A stretch of 64,000 bases of DNA from a virus (lineage: Duplodnaviria; Caudoviricetes). Under the pieces are notes generated by a model, which did no database searches, was not told the origin of the DNA, and was given only the letters and a program-made list of their open reading frames with translations. This document shows, one piece after another, positions 20,003 to 29,425 of the stretch; position 1 is the stretch's first letter, and each line of letters starts with the position of its first letter. The stretch lies in IMG/VR virus record IMGVR_UViG_3300028048_000040, positions 278,329-342,328 of that record; one strand, written 5' to 3'. The position numbers were made by a program, and so were the translations under genes.

Positions 20003-21634
20003 TTACCAAGTTTTACCTAAGATAAACCACAGTCTTCCATTAGCTTTAGCTTCTTCAGACATTCCATCATAACCACCAATACGTCTAGCATAATCAAGAC
20101 GAGCAAACCAATTATTAGGAGCTTTATAGAATGCTCCTACACCCCATCCTAAGAGAGAAGTGTGTTCATTATCACTCTTGCGTAAGCGTACTTCACCACC
20201 ATCTAAATAGCAGCTAAGAGTCAATCCACTGACTGGTGTATACCAACGCAATTCCGCAGTTCCTAAAAATCCTTCATCACCAGAACATTCTCCCTGAGGA
20301 TATGCTCTTACACCTTGAGCACCACCTAAATAGAATCTTTCAGAACTATCTAGATTCTTGCTTGCTAATTGACCCTGTGCTTTAATCAGAATATCAGAGC
20401 TATGACCTAAAGACTGAATAAATGTAAAATCTGCATTTCCTTTAGTAAATCCACCAGAGAAATGGTTAACACTATCCATTAATTCTGCATCTGCTGAATC
20501 GGTTCCCATAACACCATGAGTTAATATCACATTATAACAGAATGATGATTTCTGATGTTGGTTTATAGAACCAGATAATCCTATATATCCAGAATGGGAA
20601 TGTCGGTCACTATCCCAATTTGGACTTGTGATACTATCTTCCAAAGATCTATAATTATATCCATACAAAATATCTAAATTTTTCTTAGAAGTTTTATAGA
20701 TAGGAGTTTTACCATATACAGATATAGTATTTGCTTTACCCTCCATACCAACAGATGCTAAATATGAATCCAAATCATAATTCATATGGCTAAGACCAAT
20801 ACCAATAGTAGAACTGCTTCTTCCAACATTCATCTCATAAGACATATAATAGTTCTGCATGAGTTTATTGGAAATAGAAGTTCCTATTCTAAGTAAATCC
20901 CCCTTATGACTGATATTGTTTATAGTTTCTTGAGCAGCATACTGATATCTACCAGAATACTTGCTTCCATAGTTACTTACATAAGCAATACCTTCATGCT
21001 TTTTATGGTCTCTTATGTTTATAACAATATCACTAGTACCTTTATCAGTACCAGGAGATAGAACAGTAGATGCTTTTACTCCAGGAAGATTATTTAGATT
21101 ATGAATAGTAGTTTCCAAAGAAGTTGTTTTTATAATATCTCCAGAATGAAGACCTTTTGAAATACGTTCAGCTACATCATTATCAAGTTTAGACTCATTG
21201 TTTAATGTTATATTACCATATCTACCTGGAAGAATTGCAATCTTTATAGTAGAATGAATTATTTCTTGCTCAGGTACATATACCATAGCAGCAGGATATC
21301 CATTGTTACGAAGATATAGTGACATCTTCTTAGTCATTTCATTAAAATTATTTAAAGTGACAGTTTTCTTAACGTAAGTCTGAGCTATTTCTAATAACTT
21401 TTCTTCATTGAAAGATAAACCACCTTTATCAACCAATTCCACTTTATGAAGATAGAAACTAGGTGTCTCTTTAGATTCATGGGTATTAATAATTTCCCCA
21501 TTATTAATAACAGGTGTCTCTTTAGATGATGGTACATTTACCACCGGATCCTTTAATGCTGTTGCAGCATTACACTCTAATGGTGTCAATAATATTAACG
21601 TAGTGATAGCTGCCTTTGAAAGTTGTTTCTTCAT
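20003..21634 (-). CDS. TpsB/ShlB/FhaC/HecB-family outer-membrane transporter (Omp85 superfamily)
   Basis: Signal peptide, POTRA-like segments (YLRNNGYPAA.VYVPEQEI; LNNLPGV), SNYGSKYSG, LDSSERFYLGGAQGVRAY loop-6 motif, terminal aromatic residue (GKTW). Confidence 0.92.
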   Translation of the reverse strand: MKKQLSKAAITTLILLTPLECNAATALKDPVVNVPSSKETPVINNGEIINTHESKETPSFYLHKVELVDKGGLSFNEEKLLEIAQTYVKKTVTLNNFNEMTKKMSLYLRNNGYPAAMVYVPEQEIIHSTIKIAILPGRYGNITLNNESKLDNDVAERISKGLHSGDIIKTTSLETTIHNLNNLPGVKASTVLSPGTDKGTSDIVINIRDHKKHEGIAYVSNYGSKYSGRYQYAAQETINNISHKGDLLRIGTSISNKLMQNYYMSYEMNVGRSSSTIGIGLSHMNYDLDSYLASVGMEGKANTISVYGKTPIYKTSKKNLDILYGYNYRSLEDSITSPNWDSDRHSHSGYIGLSGSINQHQKSSFCYNVILTHGVMGTDSADAELMDSVNHFSGGFTKGNADFTFIQSLGHSSDILIKAQGQLASKNLDSSERFYLGGAQGVRAYPQGECSGDEGFLGTAELRWYTPVSGLTLSCYLDGGEVRLRKSDNEHTSLLGWGVGAFYKAPNNWFARLDYARRIGGYDGMSEEAKANGRLWFILGKTW

Positions 21635-21760
21635 TTCTCAAATACCTCTCCTTAAATTAAATAAATTAGTTATAGTGTCATTTGGTATATCGAAGTTTAA
21701 TCGATATCTCCTCAATACACTATCATTAAAATAGTATATCTCTAAAAAAATTTTTAATAA

Positions 21761-21790
21761 AAAGAAGAGGAGATAATTCTCCTCTTCTTT
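21761..21790 (-). terminator. Intrinsic terminator
   Basis: AAAGAAGAGGAGA/TCTCCTCTTCTTT stem. Confidence 0.75.
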
Positions 21791-21793
21791 GAC

Positions 21794-22036
21794 TTAAGCT
21801 ATTTTTGCTATTTGATGTTTGCTTAAGTCGGATAGATTGATTTCCATACTAATTGGAGTATGGCTCATCTTTGTCTTGAGCTCCCCTAGCTCTGAAGTCA
21901 TTAAACTGATCTCTTCTGATAATCCCCTAATGGATTCTACTAGATTGATGTCTTGCCTTGATAAATTGTTCCCCATACAAATTACCTCATCTTTCTTTGG
22001 AATCTGTTTAAGTGAAATAATATATACCTCACTCAT
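21794..22036 (-). CDS. Small early hypothetical protein (coiled-coil; start possibly 21976)
   Basis: Lies between early-type promoter 22041-22056 and terminator 21761-21790. Confidence 0.55.
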   Translation of the reverse strand: MSEVYIISLKQIPKKDEVICMGNNLSRQDINLVESIRGLSEEISLMTSELGELKTKMSHTPISMEINLSDLSKHQIAKIA

Positions 22037-22078
22037 CCCTCAATAAAATAATATATATTTATTTTTTATATTACTTTG

Positions 22079-22190
22079 CAAAAAAGAAAGCAAGTACAGT
22101 TTGCGGTTGAAACTTGCTTTCTTTTCACCCATATTGGAGGACGGGTATGAAGAAAAGTGTAATGATGGGTCATCACTCCATCACTCACTC
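22079..22190 (-). ncRNA. Candidate small RNA (about 112 nt) with a CCUCC loop
   Basis: Early-type promoter at 22190-22205, three hairpins, terminator with U-run, no ORF. Confidence 0.6.
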
Positions 22191-22268
22191 ACTATAATAA
22201 TATATAACTATAAAAAAATTTACTTGTATAAATTCATAGATTTCACACTTAGATAATCAAATAAAGGG

Positions 22269-22700
22269 GTGGTGAAATTGCCTGTAACATTTGATGATGA
22301 AGCTAATGTACGAGATTATCTATTAGCTGTTAATGATATTAATAGACCTAAAGTAGTAGATATGAAGGATATAAAACCTAATAAATATAATTCTGCTATT
22401 ACTATGATTAGTAGACTTATATTGATTAGGAAGGGTACATATCCTGATCATCCTGATATGGGAATAGATATTGTAGGAAGATATAGATTTGCTTTTGAAG
22501 AAGAAGCTAAAACACTATCTAGAGAGATAGAAGAGCAGGCAAATAAATATCTTCCAGAATTTAGTCCTATTCAAGTTTATTGTGAATTGATTCAAGACAA
22601 TGAAAAGCATAAGATTAATATCCATATCATAATAAATGAAGTTGAGTATCTTTTAGTTTACAATATCTCTGATAATACATTAGAGGGATTATTAGAGTAG
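22269..22700 (+). CDS. Baseplate wedge protein, gp25/GPW-like
   Basis: LILIRKGTYPDHPDMGIDI..YLPE pattern; late-type promoter at 22244. Confidence 0.75.
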   Translation: MVKLPVTFDDEANVRDYLLAVNDINRPKVVDMKDIKPNKYNSAITMISRLILIRKGTYPDHPDMGIDIVGRYRFAFEEEAKTLSREIEEQANKYLPEFSPIQVYCELIQDNEKHKINIHIIINEVEYLLVYNISDNTLEGLLE

Positions 22701-22712
22701 GGGTGAATGTAG

Positions 22713-23072
22713 TTGAAACTAATTAAGGTGAGATATAAAGAAGGTCAAGGATATCCATTAGATAGAGATTACTATATAATGGATTTTAGATTTGATGAAT
22801 CTAAAATGATCTATGTGGGGGAAAATGAACCACCTAAACATCCAGAAATTTGGAAATCTGGAGAATGTCCTGGTATAATCACTACTGATTATTCTAAATT
22901 TAGAGATAGTCATCATGGTACTATGCATAATGGCAAACTAGATTCAGGAGCAGTAGAAGAATTATTAGATAAGGGTATAGAAGGGGCTAAAGGAAGAGCT
23001 GATGAAAGACAAAAGAAAATAGGGAGCTCTTTCAGAAAAATAAAACATTTAAAAAGAAAGAAGAAGAACTAG
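22713..23072 (+). CDS. Hypothetical protein with basic C-terminus
   Basis: 119-aa ORF within the late operon. Confidence 0.6.
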   Translation: MKLIKVRYKEGQGYPLDRDYYIMDFRFDESKMIYVGENEPPKHPEIWKSGECPGIITTDYSKFRDSHHGTMHNGKLDSGAVEELLDKGIEGAKGRADERQKKIGSSFRKIKHLKRKKKN

Positions 23073-23083
23073 GAGGTTTAGTA

Positions 23084-25099
23084 ATGGCTGAAAAAGAACA
23101 ACTGTCTCTTGCTGATCTTGGTTTAGAAAAGGAAGAGACACCAGCACAGAAAGCAGAAAAAACAGTAACAGAATCTGTTCAGGATAATGGTGTTGCTGTT
23201 AAGAAAGCAACAGTACGAGATATGAGCGAGGTTCAGCAAGTAGTTACATCTAGTCCTGCTAAGAAACCTGTATCATATGCTCCTGTACATAATAATCAGG
23301 AGAGAAGAAAATCAGAAGATCTTTCTCAGGCAAGAGTAATTACTGATGTAAATGAAATTGCTAAGATCAAATATAATCCCACTGATAAATACGTTCAGAA
23401 GGTAAAGAAGAATCAGCAAGATCTATTAGAATTAGCTGATAAGGGTATTGAACGTACTATCAAAGAGATGACAGCTCCTGATGGTAGAATTACTCAGGCT
23501 AAGCATGAGTATGTTAGAACTAAATATGAAGAGCTCTTAAATAGAGCAAAGAAAAGCAAACAGCTTGCTGGAAAAATTAAAGCGCTTCAGGATATGATGG
23601 ATTCTGATGCTAGATTTGATGATTGCAATGAATATGAGAAACATGGATACATTCTCTGGAATATAGCTCATGATGATACAGTAGAAACAAATGATGACTA
23701 CTTTGGTATCAAAGCAAATAAAGAAGCTAAGAAACAGAGAATGGTTCGCAATTCTCGTGATGCTAAGTTAGAATTGGATAAGATGAATGAAGAACCAGTA
23801 GATGATATTTATAATGATGATCAGACTATTGTGGTTTCTTCTAATGATCCAGTTCTTCCATTTAAAGATACTACTAAGAAAAAAGAAGTTAAGAAAGAGG
23901 ATACTTCTCTTAAACTAGAAGATCCTACCAATCTTGATTCTGATTTAGTACTAGATGATGAACCAGAAGAAAAAGAAGAAGTTAAAGAAGAACCCACTTC
24001 TACTCTAAAAGAAGAAAAATCTGAAATTGAGTTAGAAGAAGATGATACTGAAGACGATTTCCAGTTATCTGATGAAGATCAGAAAAAGATTCTTACTAAC
24101 TATAAAGAACAGTTAGAATATAGCCTTGGTATTAATAATATTACTAACCTTAAAGGATTCACCATCTCTAATAAAAGTATTAAACTTAGTAATGCTCTTC
24201 AGGGTGGTACTTATAAGAAGACTGCTACTTGGGGATTGCAGTTTGCAGGTCAAGCTATTGAAATGACTCCTCTTTCTGGTGAAGAGTTGATTACTCTTAA
24301 TCCACAACAGACAGCATATGATACTGTAGCAGGTTTAAGAACAGTATTCTCCATTATCTATCGTCATATTGCAGATTCTAAGAAACCTGAATTTGAAACT
24401 TGGTTAAAACAGATTTCAGATTATGATGTAGATTCTCTATTGTTTGCAGTCTATGTAGCTAACTTTAAAGATACTAATATTGTCACTTATCAGTGCACCA
24501 ATAAGAAGTGTCAGAATGTATTCATCAAGAAGTTAGATGTAATGGATATGCTTAAGTTCCCGAATGATGAAGTAAAAGAATCTTTCTTAAAAGTATTAAG
24601 AAAAGATACTCAGGGAACTAATCTCTTTAGAACTAATCCTGTTGCTATCAATAATAGATATGCATTCGGTTTTGTTACTCAGTCTGCATATTCTTCTCTA
24701 TTTGAACCTGCAGCTCTATCTGAAGAGTTCAGTAAGAAATTTAAGCCTATTCTTGATATCATGCCTAATATTGATACAATATATAAGATTGATCAAGAGA
24801 ATAGAACTCTCTTACCAATTACTTTTGGTGAAGCAGATACTTTCCAGAAGACTGTAATGAGAAAAGTTAAAGGTATTGCATCTATCATGAAGAGCTTTAC
24901 TCCAGATGAAAGAGCATTAGTAGTTTCTGAAGCAGGTAGGATTTCACTTACATTTAGTAGTGATAAGATTACTTATCATATTCCTGAATCTAAGTGCCCT
25001 GTATGTGGTGAGCATATTGAAGAAACCACTACTACTCCTCTTGATCTACTTTTTACGCGTGCCCAATTACCGATCATAGCAGCCTCTATTCAAGAGTAA
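23084..25099 (+). CDS. Tail/baseplate assembly chaperone (T4 gp26-like C-terminal region with Zn ribbons)
   Basis: EMTPLSGEE, YQCTNKKC and CPVCGEH motifs; long acidic N-terminal region; next to the gp25-like gene. Confidence 0.6.
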   Translation: MAEKEQLSLADLGLEKEETPAQKAEKTVTESVQDNGVAVKKATVRDMSEVQQVVTSSPAKKPVSYAPVHNNQERRKSEDLSQARVITDVNEIAKIKYNPTDKYVQKVKKNQQDLLELADKGIERTIKEMTAPDGRITQAKHEYVRTKYEELLNRAKKSKQLAGKIKALQDMMDSDARFDDCNEYEKHGYILWNIAHDDTVETNDDYFGIKANKEAKKQRMVRNSRDAKLELDKMNEEPVDDIYNDDQTIVVSSNDPVLPFKDTTKKKEVKKEDTSLKLEDPTNLDSDLVLDDEPEEKEEVKEEPTSTLKEEKSEIELEEDDTEDDFQLSDEDQKKILTNYKEQLEYSLGINNITNLKGFTISNKSIKLSNALQGGTYKKTATWGLQFAGQAIEMTPLSGEELITLNPQQTAYDTVAGLRTVFSIIYRHIADSKKPEFETWLKQISDYDVDSLLFAVYVANFKDTNIVTYQCTNKKCQNVFIKKLDVMDMLKFPNDEVKESFLKVLRKDTQGTNLFRTNPVAINNRYAFGFVTQSAYSSLFEPAALSEEFSKKFKPILDIMPNIDTIYKIDQENRTLLPITFGEADTFQKTVMRKVKGIASIMKSFTPDERALVVSEAGRISLTFSSDKITYHIPESKCPVCGEHIEETTTTPLDLLFTRAQLPIIAASIQE

Positions 25100-25101
25100 C
25101 T

Positions 25102-25266
25102 ATGATAGTGGATAATTCTAAGGGCAAAACAACATATGAAGAAGCTTTGAAGTATGATGTTGGATTCTTAAATTATTTATGGTATAAAACTATCAGAGAA
25201 AATAAAGCTCGTTCTAAGGATCCAAAAATGCAAAAAATGGCTGAACTGATGGAAGACGAAATGTAG
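25102..25266 (+). CDS. 54-aa ORF not in the track; probable -1 frameshift extension of 23084..25099
   Basis: MIVDNSKGKTTYEEALKYDVGFLNYLWYK...; frame open from 25045; weak SD; CTTTTTA at 25049-25055. Confidence 0.55.
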   Translation: MIVDNSKGKTTYEEALKYDVGFLNYLWYKTIRENKARSKDPKMQKMAELMEDEM

Positions 25267-25289
25267 AATAACGAGGAGGATATCATATT

Positions 25290-25601
25290 ATGAATCTCTT
25301 AGATTTTCGTAGTAAAATAATATCCTCTGATTCAGATAGAATAGAAACAGATAACTTTTTCTCTGAAGAGGTTACAATGTTCAATATCTTAAATGGTTCA
25401 TTTAGAACAGAAGACATTGAATCTATCAGAGTAGATAAAATAAATAGAAATGTTTCTGTAGATATATCTTCAGAAGATATAGCTAGAAATGCAGAGTTCA
25501 ATCTAGATAAACAAATTGTTCCTGGAAGTTATGTTCCTCTTTATAGAGTTAATGTAACTAGAAACAATAAAACTCTTAACTTTACTTTAGATGAAGTATA
25601 A
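25290..25601 (+). CDS. Hypothetical protein
   Basis: GAGGAGG SD; followed by terminator at about 25612-25640. Confidence 0.7.
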   Translation: MNLLDFRSKIISSDSDRIETDNFFSEEVTMFNILNGSFRTEDIESIRVDKINRNVSVDISSEDIARNAEFNLDKQIVPGSYVPLYRVNVTRNNKTLNFTLDEV

Positions 25602-25667
25602 CAGAAAAGTTACCAGAGTACCTAATTGGTACTCTGGTATCAATTTTTGCAAAGTAAAAAATTTTTC

Positions 25668-25834
25668 AGTTATATACCATTCCTATGAGTATAAGTCTGA
25701 GGAAGGAATAGATAAAATGATATTTTTGAAGAGGGTTCAAAATTTTAGTTATATACTATTCTATTGAGGTGAGTCTGAGGGAGGAATAGTCAAAATGAAT
25801 ATCTTTCTTTTTTTATAAATATATTATATATATG
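25668..25834 (+). promoter_or_regulatory. Three tandem early-type promoters, the first two in an imperfect direct repeat of about 52 bp
   Basis: ATATAYYAT-N5-TG at 25672, 25751 and 25819; shared AGTCTGAGGRAGGAATAG after the first two. Confidence 0.75.
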
Positions 25835-25856
25835 AATAAAGAAAGGAGGAATTAAG

Positions 25857-25916
25857 ATGGAAGATGAAAGCATTGATATTGGACTTTGGGATGTTGATGA
25901 TTTTGAGGAGGAATAA
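25857..25916 (+). CDS. 19-aa acidic micropeptide MEDESIDIGLWDVDDFEEE
   Basis: AAAGGAGG SD, triple promoter upstream, paralogous to the next ORF. Confidence 0.75.
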   Translation: MEDESIDIGLWDVDDFEEE

Positions 25917-25918
25917 AA

Positions 25919-25999
25919 ATGGAACTAGAGATTGTAGAAGATAGTGAATTTGACGTTGGTTTATGGAGTGATGATGAATTTGAAACTGATGAAGAATAA
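25919..25999 (+). CDS. 26-aa acidic micropeptide MELEIVEDSEFDVGLWSDDEFETDEE
   Basis: GAGGAGG SD inside the previous ORF; terminator follows. Confidence 0.75.
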   Translation: MELEIVEDSEFDVGLWSDDEFETDEE

Positions 26000-26024
26000 A
26001 TATCAGTTTCAAATTCAAAAAATA

Positions 26025-26055
26025 ATAGAACAGGAATAACTCCTGTTCTATTTTT
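26025..26055 (+). terminator. Terminator of the micropeptide unit
   Basis: TAGAACAGGA/TCCTGTTCTA followed by a T-run. Confidence 0.8.
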
Positions 26056-26097
26056 CTGCAGAAACAATATGATAAGAAAAAATCTTAATTTATAGGA

Positions 26098-27855
26098 GTG
26101 TTGAATATGCAAAATTCTAAAAAACCAGTAAAACATTTAAAACTAGAACCATTGGATGCTAATAAGTTTATTAAAGTAAATAAACTAAAGGTTATTACTA
26201 ATCCAGTTTATTTTGATAGAACTGGCATTCCTACTCCAGATGGTTTACTCTCTAATGAAATCTTTGGTGTTACATCCAATGATAGAACAGAGATATTTGC
26301 ATATATACCATTAGCAGGTGAATCTTTTTTACATCCATTAGCATATAAAACCTGGTGTAGATTAGATTCTAATGTTAAGATGTGTGTATTTGAATTAGAT
26401 ACTTTTAGATTAGATAAAGAAACAGGAAAACTAGTACCAGATCCTAATGGTGGTACTGGTCTTAAATTTTTGAAAAAGATAATTAAAGATGTGGATTTTA
26501 AGAGAACTCAATCTCTAAAGAGAGAAGTTAAGATTAATTTCTTAGAGACCTATAAAGACAAACTCTTTATGGATAATCTCATTGTTATGCCTGCAGGATA
26601 TAGAGATGTTAATACAGAACAATCTAGAATGGGTGTAGGTGAGATTAATAAGTTATATGATAACGTCTTAAGAGATGTAAATGCTCTTAAAGAATCAGAA
26701 GATTATGGTCTTTCTATGAATGGAGCACTTAGAGGAAGAATCCAAGAAGGATTAGTTGCTATTTATGATTGGATTTGTTTTGGTAGATTTAATGGAGTAG
26801 ATTCTCCTGCTACAGGTCTATCTAGAAAACTAGGTCTTATTCGTAGAGCTGGTATGAGAAGAACATTTGACTGGGGTGCTAGACTTGTTATTTGTTCACA
26901 GAATTTAAGAGTAGAATCTCTAGATGATCTAGAAATAGATACAGATTCTATTGGATTACCATTAGCAGCATTATGTGCCAACTTCTATCCATATATGATC
27001 TATCATATTAGACAATTCTTTGAAAATAACTTCTCATCTGTTAAATATATGCAAGTTATGTATATGAGTGAAAAGGATAAATCTAAACCACCATTCTATG
27101 CAGATATTATTAGTTGGAGAGAAGAATTCTCTGACGAAAGAATTAAGAAAGAACTAGATAGATTCATGCATGGTTCTTCTAATAGATTTGTTCCTATAGA
27201 ATTGCCTATACCTTCTCAATATGAAAGAATGGGTAATAGACAATACAAAGCATATATTAAATTCAGAGGTAGACAAGTAACAACTAAAGAAGCAGCTGAA
27301 GCATTGGCTAAAGGAACAGAATTTAACTTTGAATCATTGCCTCTTGTTCTTAGACCTCTTACATGGGCAGATATAATTTATATGGCTGCAAAAGAGATAG
27401 TCAAAGATAAGATGACTCTTATCACTCGTTATCCTATGGATTCTTATTGGAATCAATTTCCTGCTAGAATAGTAGTCTTATCTACTATTGAAACTGAACC
27501 AATGATAATAAATGGCAAACTATATAAAAAGTATCCAAAGATTAGAAAGTCTGATATTTTAAAGAATAGTTCAAATAAATGGATAGATGTTGCTACACCA
27601 AATAATGCTAGACTTGGAACATTTGGAGCTGACTTTGATGGAGATACAATCAGTTCTAAAACTCCCTTCTCAATTGAAGCAAATAAGGAATTATATGATA
27701 TTACTAATAGTAAAATGAATTACATTGGTCTTACTGGTATTAATGAAATTACCACTTCTAAAGAAGGATTACAAGCTCTTTATAATCTTACTTTAGTATT
27801 ACCAGAAGATAAAGATAAAATGACTAAACTTACATTAGCTGACTTTGGTTATTAA
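26098..27855 (+). CDS. Phage multisubunit RNA polymerase beta-prime subunit (catalytic; probably virion RNAP)
   Basis: DGLLSNEIFG, VMPAGYRD, RYP and GADFDGD catalytic motif; preceded by late-type promoter at 26063. Confidence 0.92.
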   Translation: MLNMQNSKKPVKHLKLEPLDANKFIKVNKLKVITNPVYFDRTGIPTPDGLLSNEIFGVTSNDRTEIFAYIPLAGESFLHPLAYKTWCRLDSNVKMCVFELDTFRLDKETGKLVPDPNGGTGLKFLKKIIKDVDFKRTQSLKREVKINFLETYKDKLFMDNLIVMPAGYRDVNTEQSRMGVGEINKLYDNVLRDVNALKESEDYGLSMNGALRGRIQEGLVAIYDWICFGRFNGVDSPATGLSRKLGLIRRAGMRRTFDWGARLVICSQNLRVESLDDLEIDTDSIGLPLAALCANFYPYMIYHIRQFFENNFSSVKYMQVMYMSEKDKSKPPFYADIISWREEFSDERIKKELDRFMHGSSNRFVPIELPIPSQYERMGNRQYKAYIKFRGRQVTTKEAAEALAKGTEFNFESLPLVLRPLTWADIIYMAAKEIVKDKMTLITRYPMDSYWNQFPARIVVLSTIETEPMIINGKLYKKYPKIRKSDILKNSSNKWIDVATPNNARLGTFGADFDGDTISSKTPFSIEANKELYDITNSKMNYIGLTGINEITTSKEGLQALYNLTLVLPEDKDKMTKLTLADFGY

Positions 27856-27916
27856 TCACATTCAAGTAAATCAATATTATGCTTAATCTTTTAATTAGAG
27901 AGGAGAGCTTAGAGTC

Positions 27917-29413
27917 ATGCAATATATTCCTATTTCGGAAGTACAGCGCAGAAAAAACACATTTAATTACCAGCTATTTATTCCAGAATCGTATCCATTG
28001 TTTGAATCTTACCAAGATATATATAACTATGATAACCTAAGACATTCAGTTTATAAGTGGGATTCTTATTCTAATAATGCAGAAAAGAATATTAATCAAG
28101 CATTATCTTTATTAGAAGTGGTGTTTAAAGAAGGAGTAGATTATGAGCAAGAAGAATTAACTCAGATGATTAGTGACAGAGTTATTTCTCATCTAGGTTC
28201 TCCTGTTATATTTAAGAAGATCCTTCCAAAACATACCGGAATATCTGAAAGTGCTAAAGAAACTTTAATAGAATCTACAAATAAACTTATTGAATGTGAT
28301 AGAGTACTAGAGAATCACTCTCTAGTATCTAAAAGATTTAATATAGATAAATTTGTATCTCGTAATATTATATATGAAGATGCATTTACTGAAACAGTAT
28401 ATACACTTTGTTCTCTTATTGATACTTATAATATGGATATGAAGTCTAAGTTTGCTACTAGTGCTGAACTTGCTTTATACTGTATTAATGAATCAGGAGA
28501 GAATATACCAGAACAAAAGATCATAGAATCAGTTATAGATTATTTTGCTATTTATCACAGAGATAATGATATGCAGAAGTTTGCTGATAATATCTATACA
28601 GCTACAAAGAAAGATCCATTTATTCAAGATTCTATTGTAGAGAACTATCTGAACTACCTTATGGATGTGAATGATAAGATTCAAGAAGAACTACAGAACT
28701 TTGATGAAGAAGTCATTAAGAAATATAATGATGACAGCACTTCTATTTTTGAAACATGTAAAGTATTAGATGGATCTTTAAGAAGTTTATGTGAACTAGC
28801 ATTCTTAGATAAAGCAAAAGAAGTTATTACTAAGATTAAATTAGCTCCAGCTAAATCAGTTGCTATGATTAAAGAAGGTATACGTTCTTTATTAGTTCCT
28901 ACTAGATTACAGGATATCAAAGAAGGAACTAAGAATGCTCTTTCTTTAATTTTTTATTCTGCAATTACAATTGCATGTATTCCTACTGGAGGTCCAGTAG
29001 CTGCTTTATTAGGTGCAGCATCTAGTATTATCATTGCTAAGCATATGGATAAACAGTATCTTAGAGATGCTATGCAAGAATGGAGAGAACATAAGTATTC
29101 TGTAGAAAGAAAACTTAAAGAATGTACTGATCCAGATAAGAAGAGAAAACTAGAGCAATACCTAGATGAAGTAGATAAAAATATTGAAACTCTAGAAAAA
29201 GAATATGAAAAATCTAGAGATAAGACTTTGCCAGAGCTTAGAACTGAACATGAAAAGAGAATAGCATCTCCAGATTATAAGATTAAATCTTTCCAAGTAA
29301 ATCCTCATGGTCAAGAAATTGGCACCAAGAGTCCAGATGATGTATTTAACCAGGTTAAGAAAACTGGTACTACAGATATAAATATAAACCATAATATGGA
29401 TGATGATGAATAA
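27917..29413 (+). CDS. Putative virion (head) structural protein
   Basis: Late-type promoter at 27857; upstream of the scaffold-like and capsid genes; coiled-coil C-terminus. Confidence 0.55.
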   Translation: MQYIPISEVQRRKNTFNYQLFIPESYPLFESYQDIYNYDNLRHSVYKWDSYSNNAEKNINQALSLLEVVFKEGVDYEQEELTQMISDRVISHLGSPVIFKKILPKHTGISESAKETLIESTNKLIECDRVLENHSLVSKRFNIDKFVSRNIIYEDAFTETVYTLCSLIDTYNMDMKSKFATSAELALYCINESGENIPEQKIIESVIDYFAIYHRDNDMQKFADNIYTATKKDPFIQDSIVENYLNYLMDVNDKIQEELQNFDEEVIKKYNDDSTSIFETCKVLDGSLRSLCELAFLDKAKEVITKIKLAPAKSVAMIKEGIRSLLVPTRLQDIKEGTKNALSLIFYSAITIACIPTGGPVAALLGAASSIIIAKHMDKQYLRDAMQEWREHKYSVERKLKECTDPDKKRKLEQYLDEVDKNIETLEKEYEKSRDKTLPELRTEHEKRIASPDYKIKSFQVNPHGQEIGTKSPDDVFNQVKKTGTTDININHNMDDDE

Positions 29414-29425
29414 GGAGGTGAAGAA

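Noticed and set aside
25668-25799. Direct repeats as a mini CRISPR array
   Set aside because: Only two imperfect copies, each containing the promoter motif; no cas genes; better explained as promoter duplication.
25717-25818. 16-aa and 7-aa ORFs after the first two tandem promoters
   Set aside because: They have SD-like sequences but share no peptide similarity and overlap the next promoter; possible remnants, not supportable as genes.
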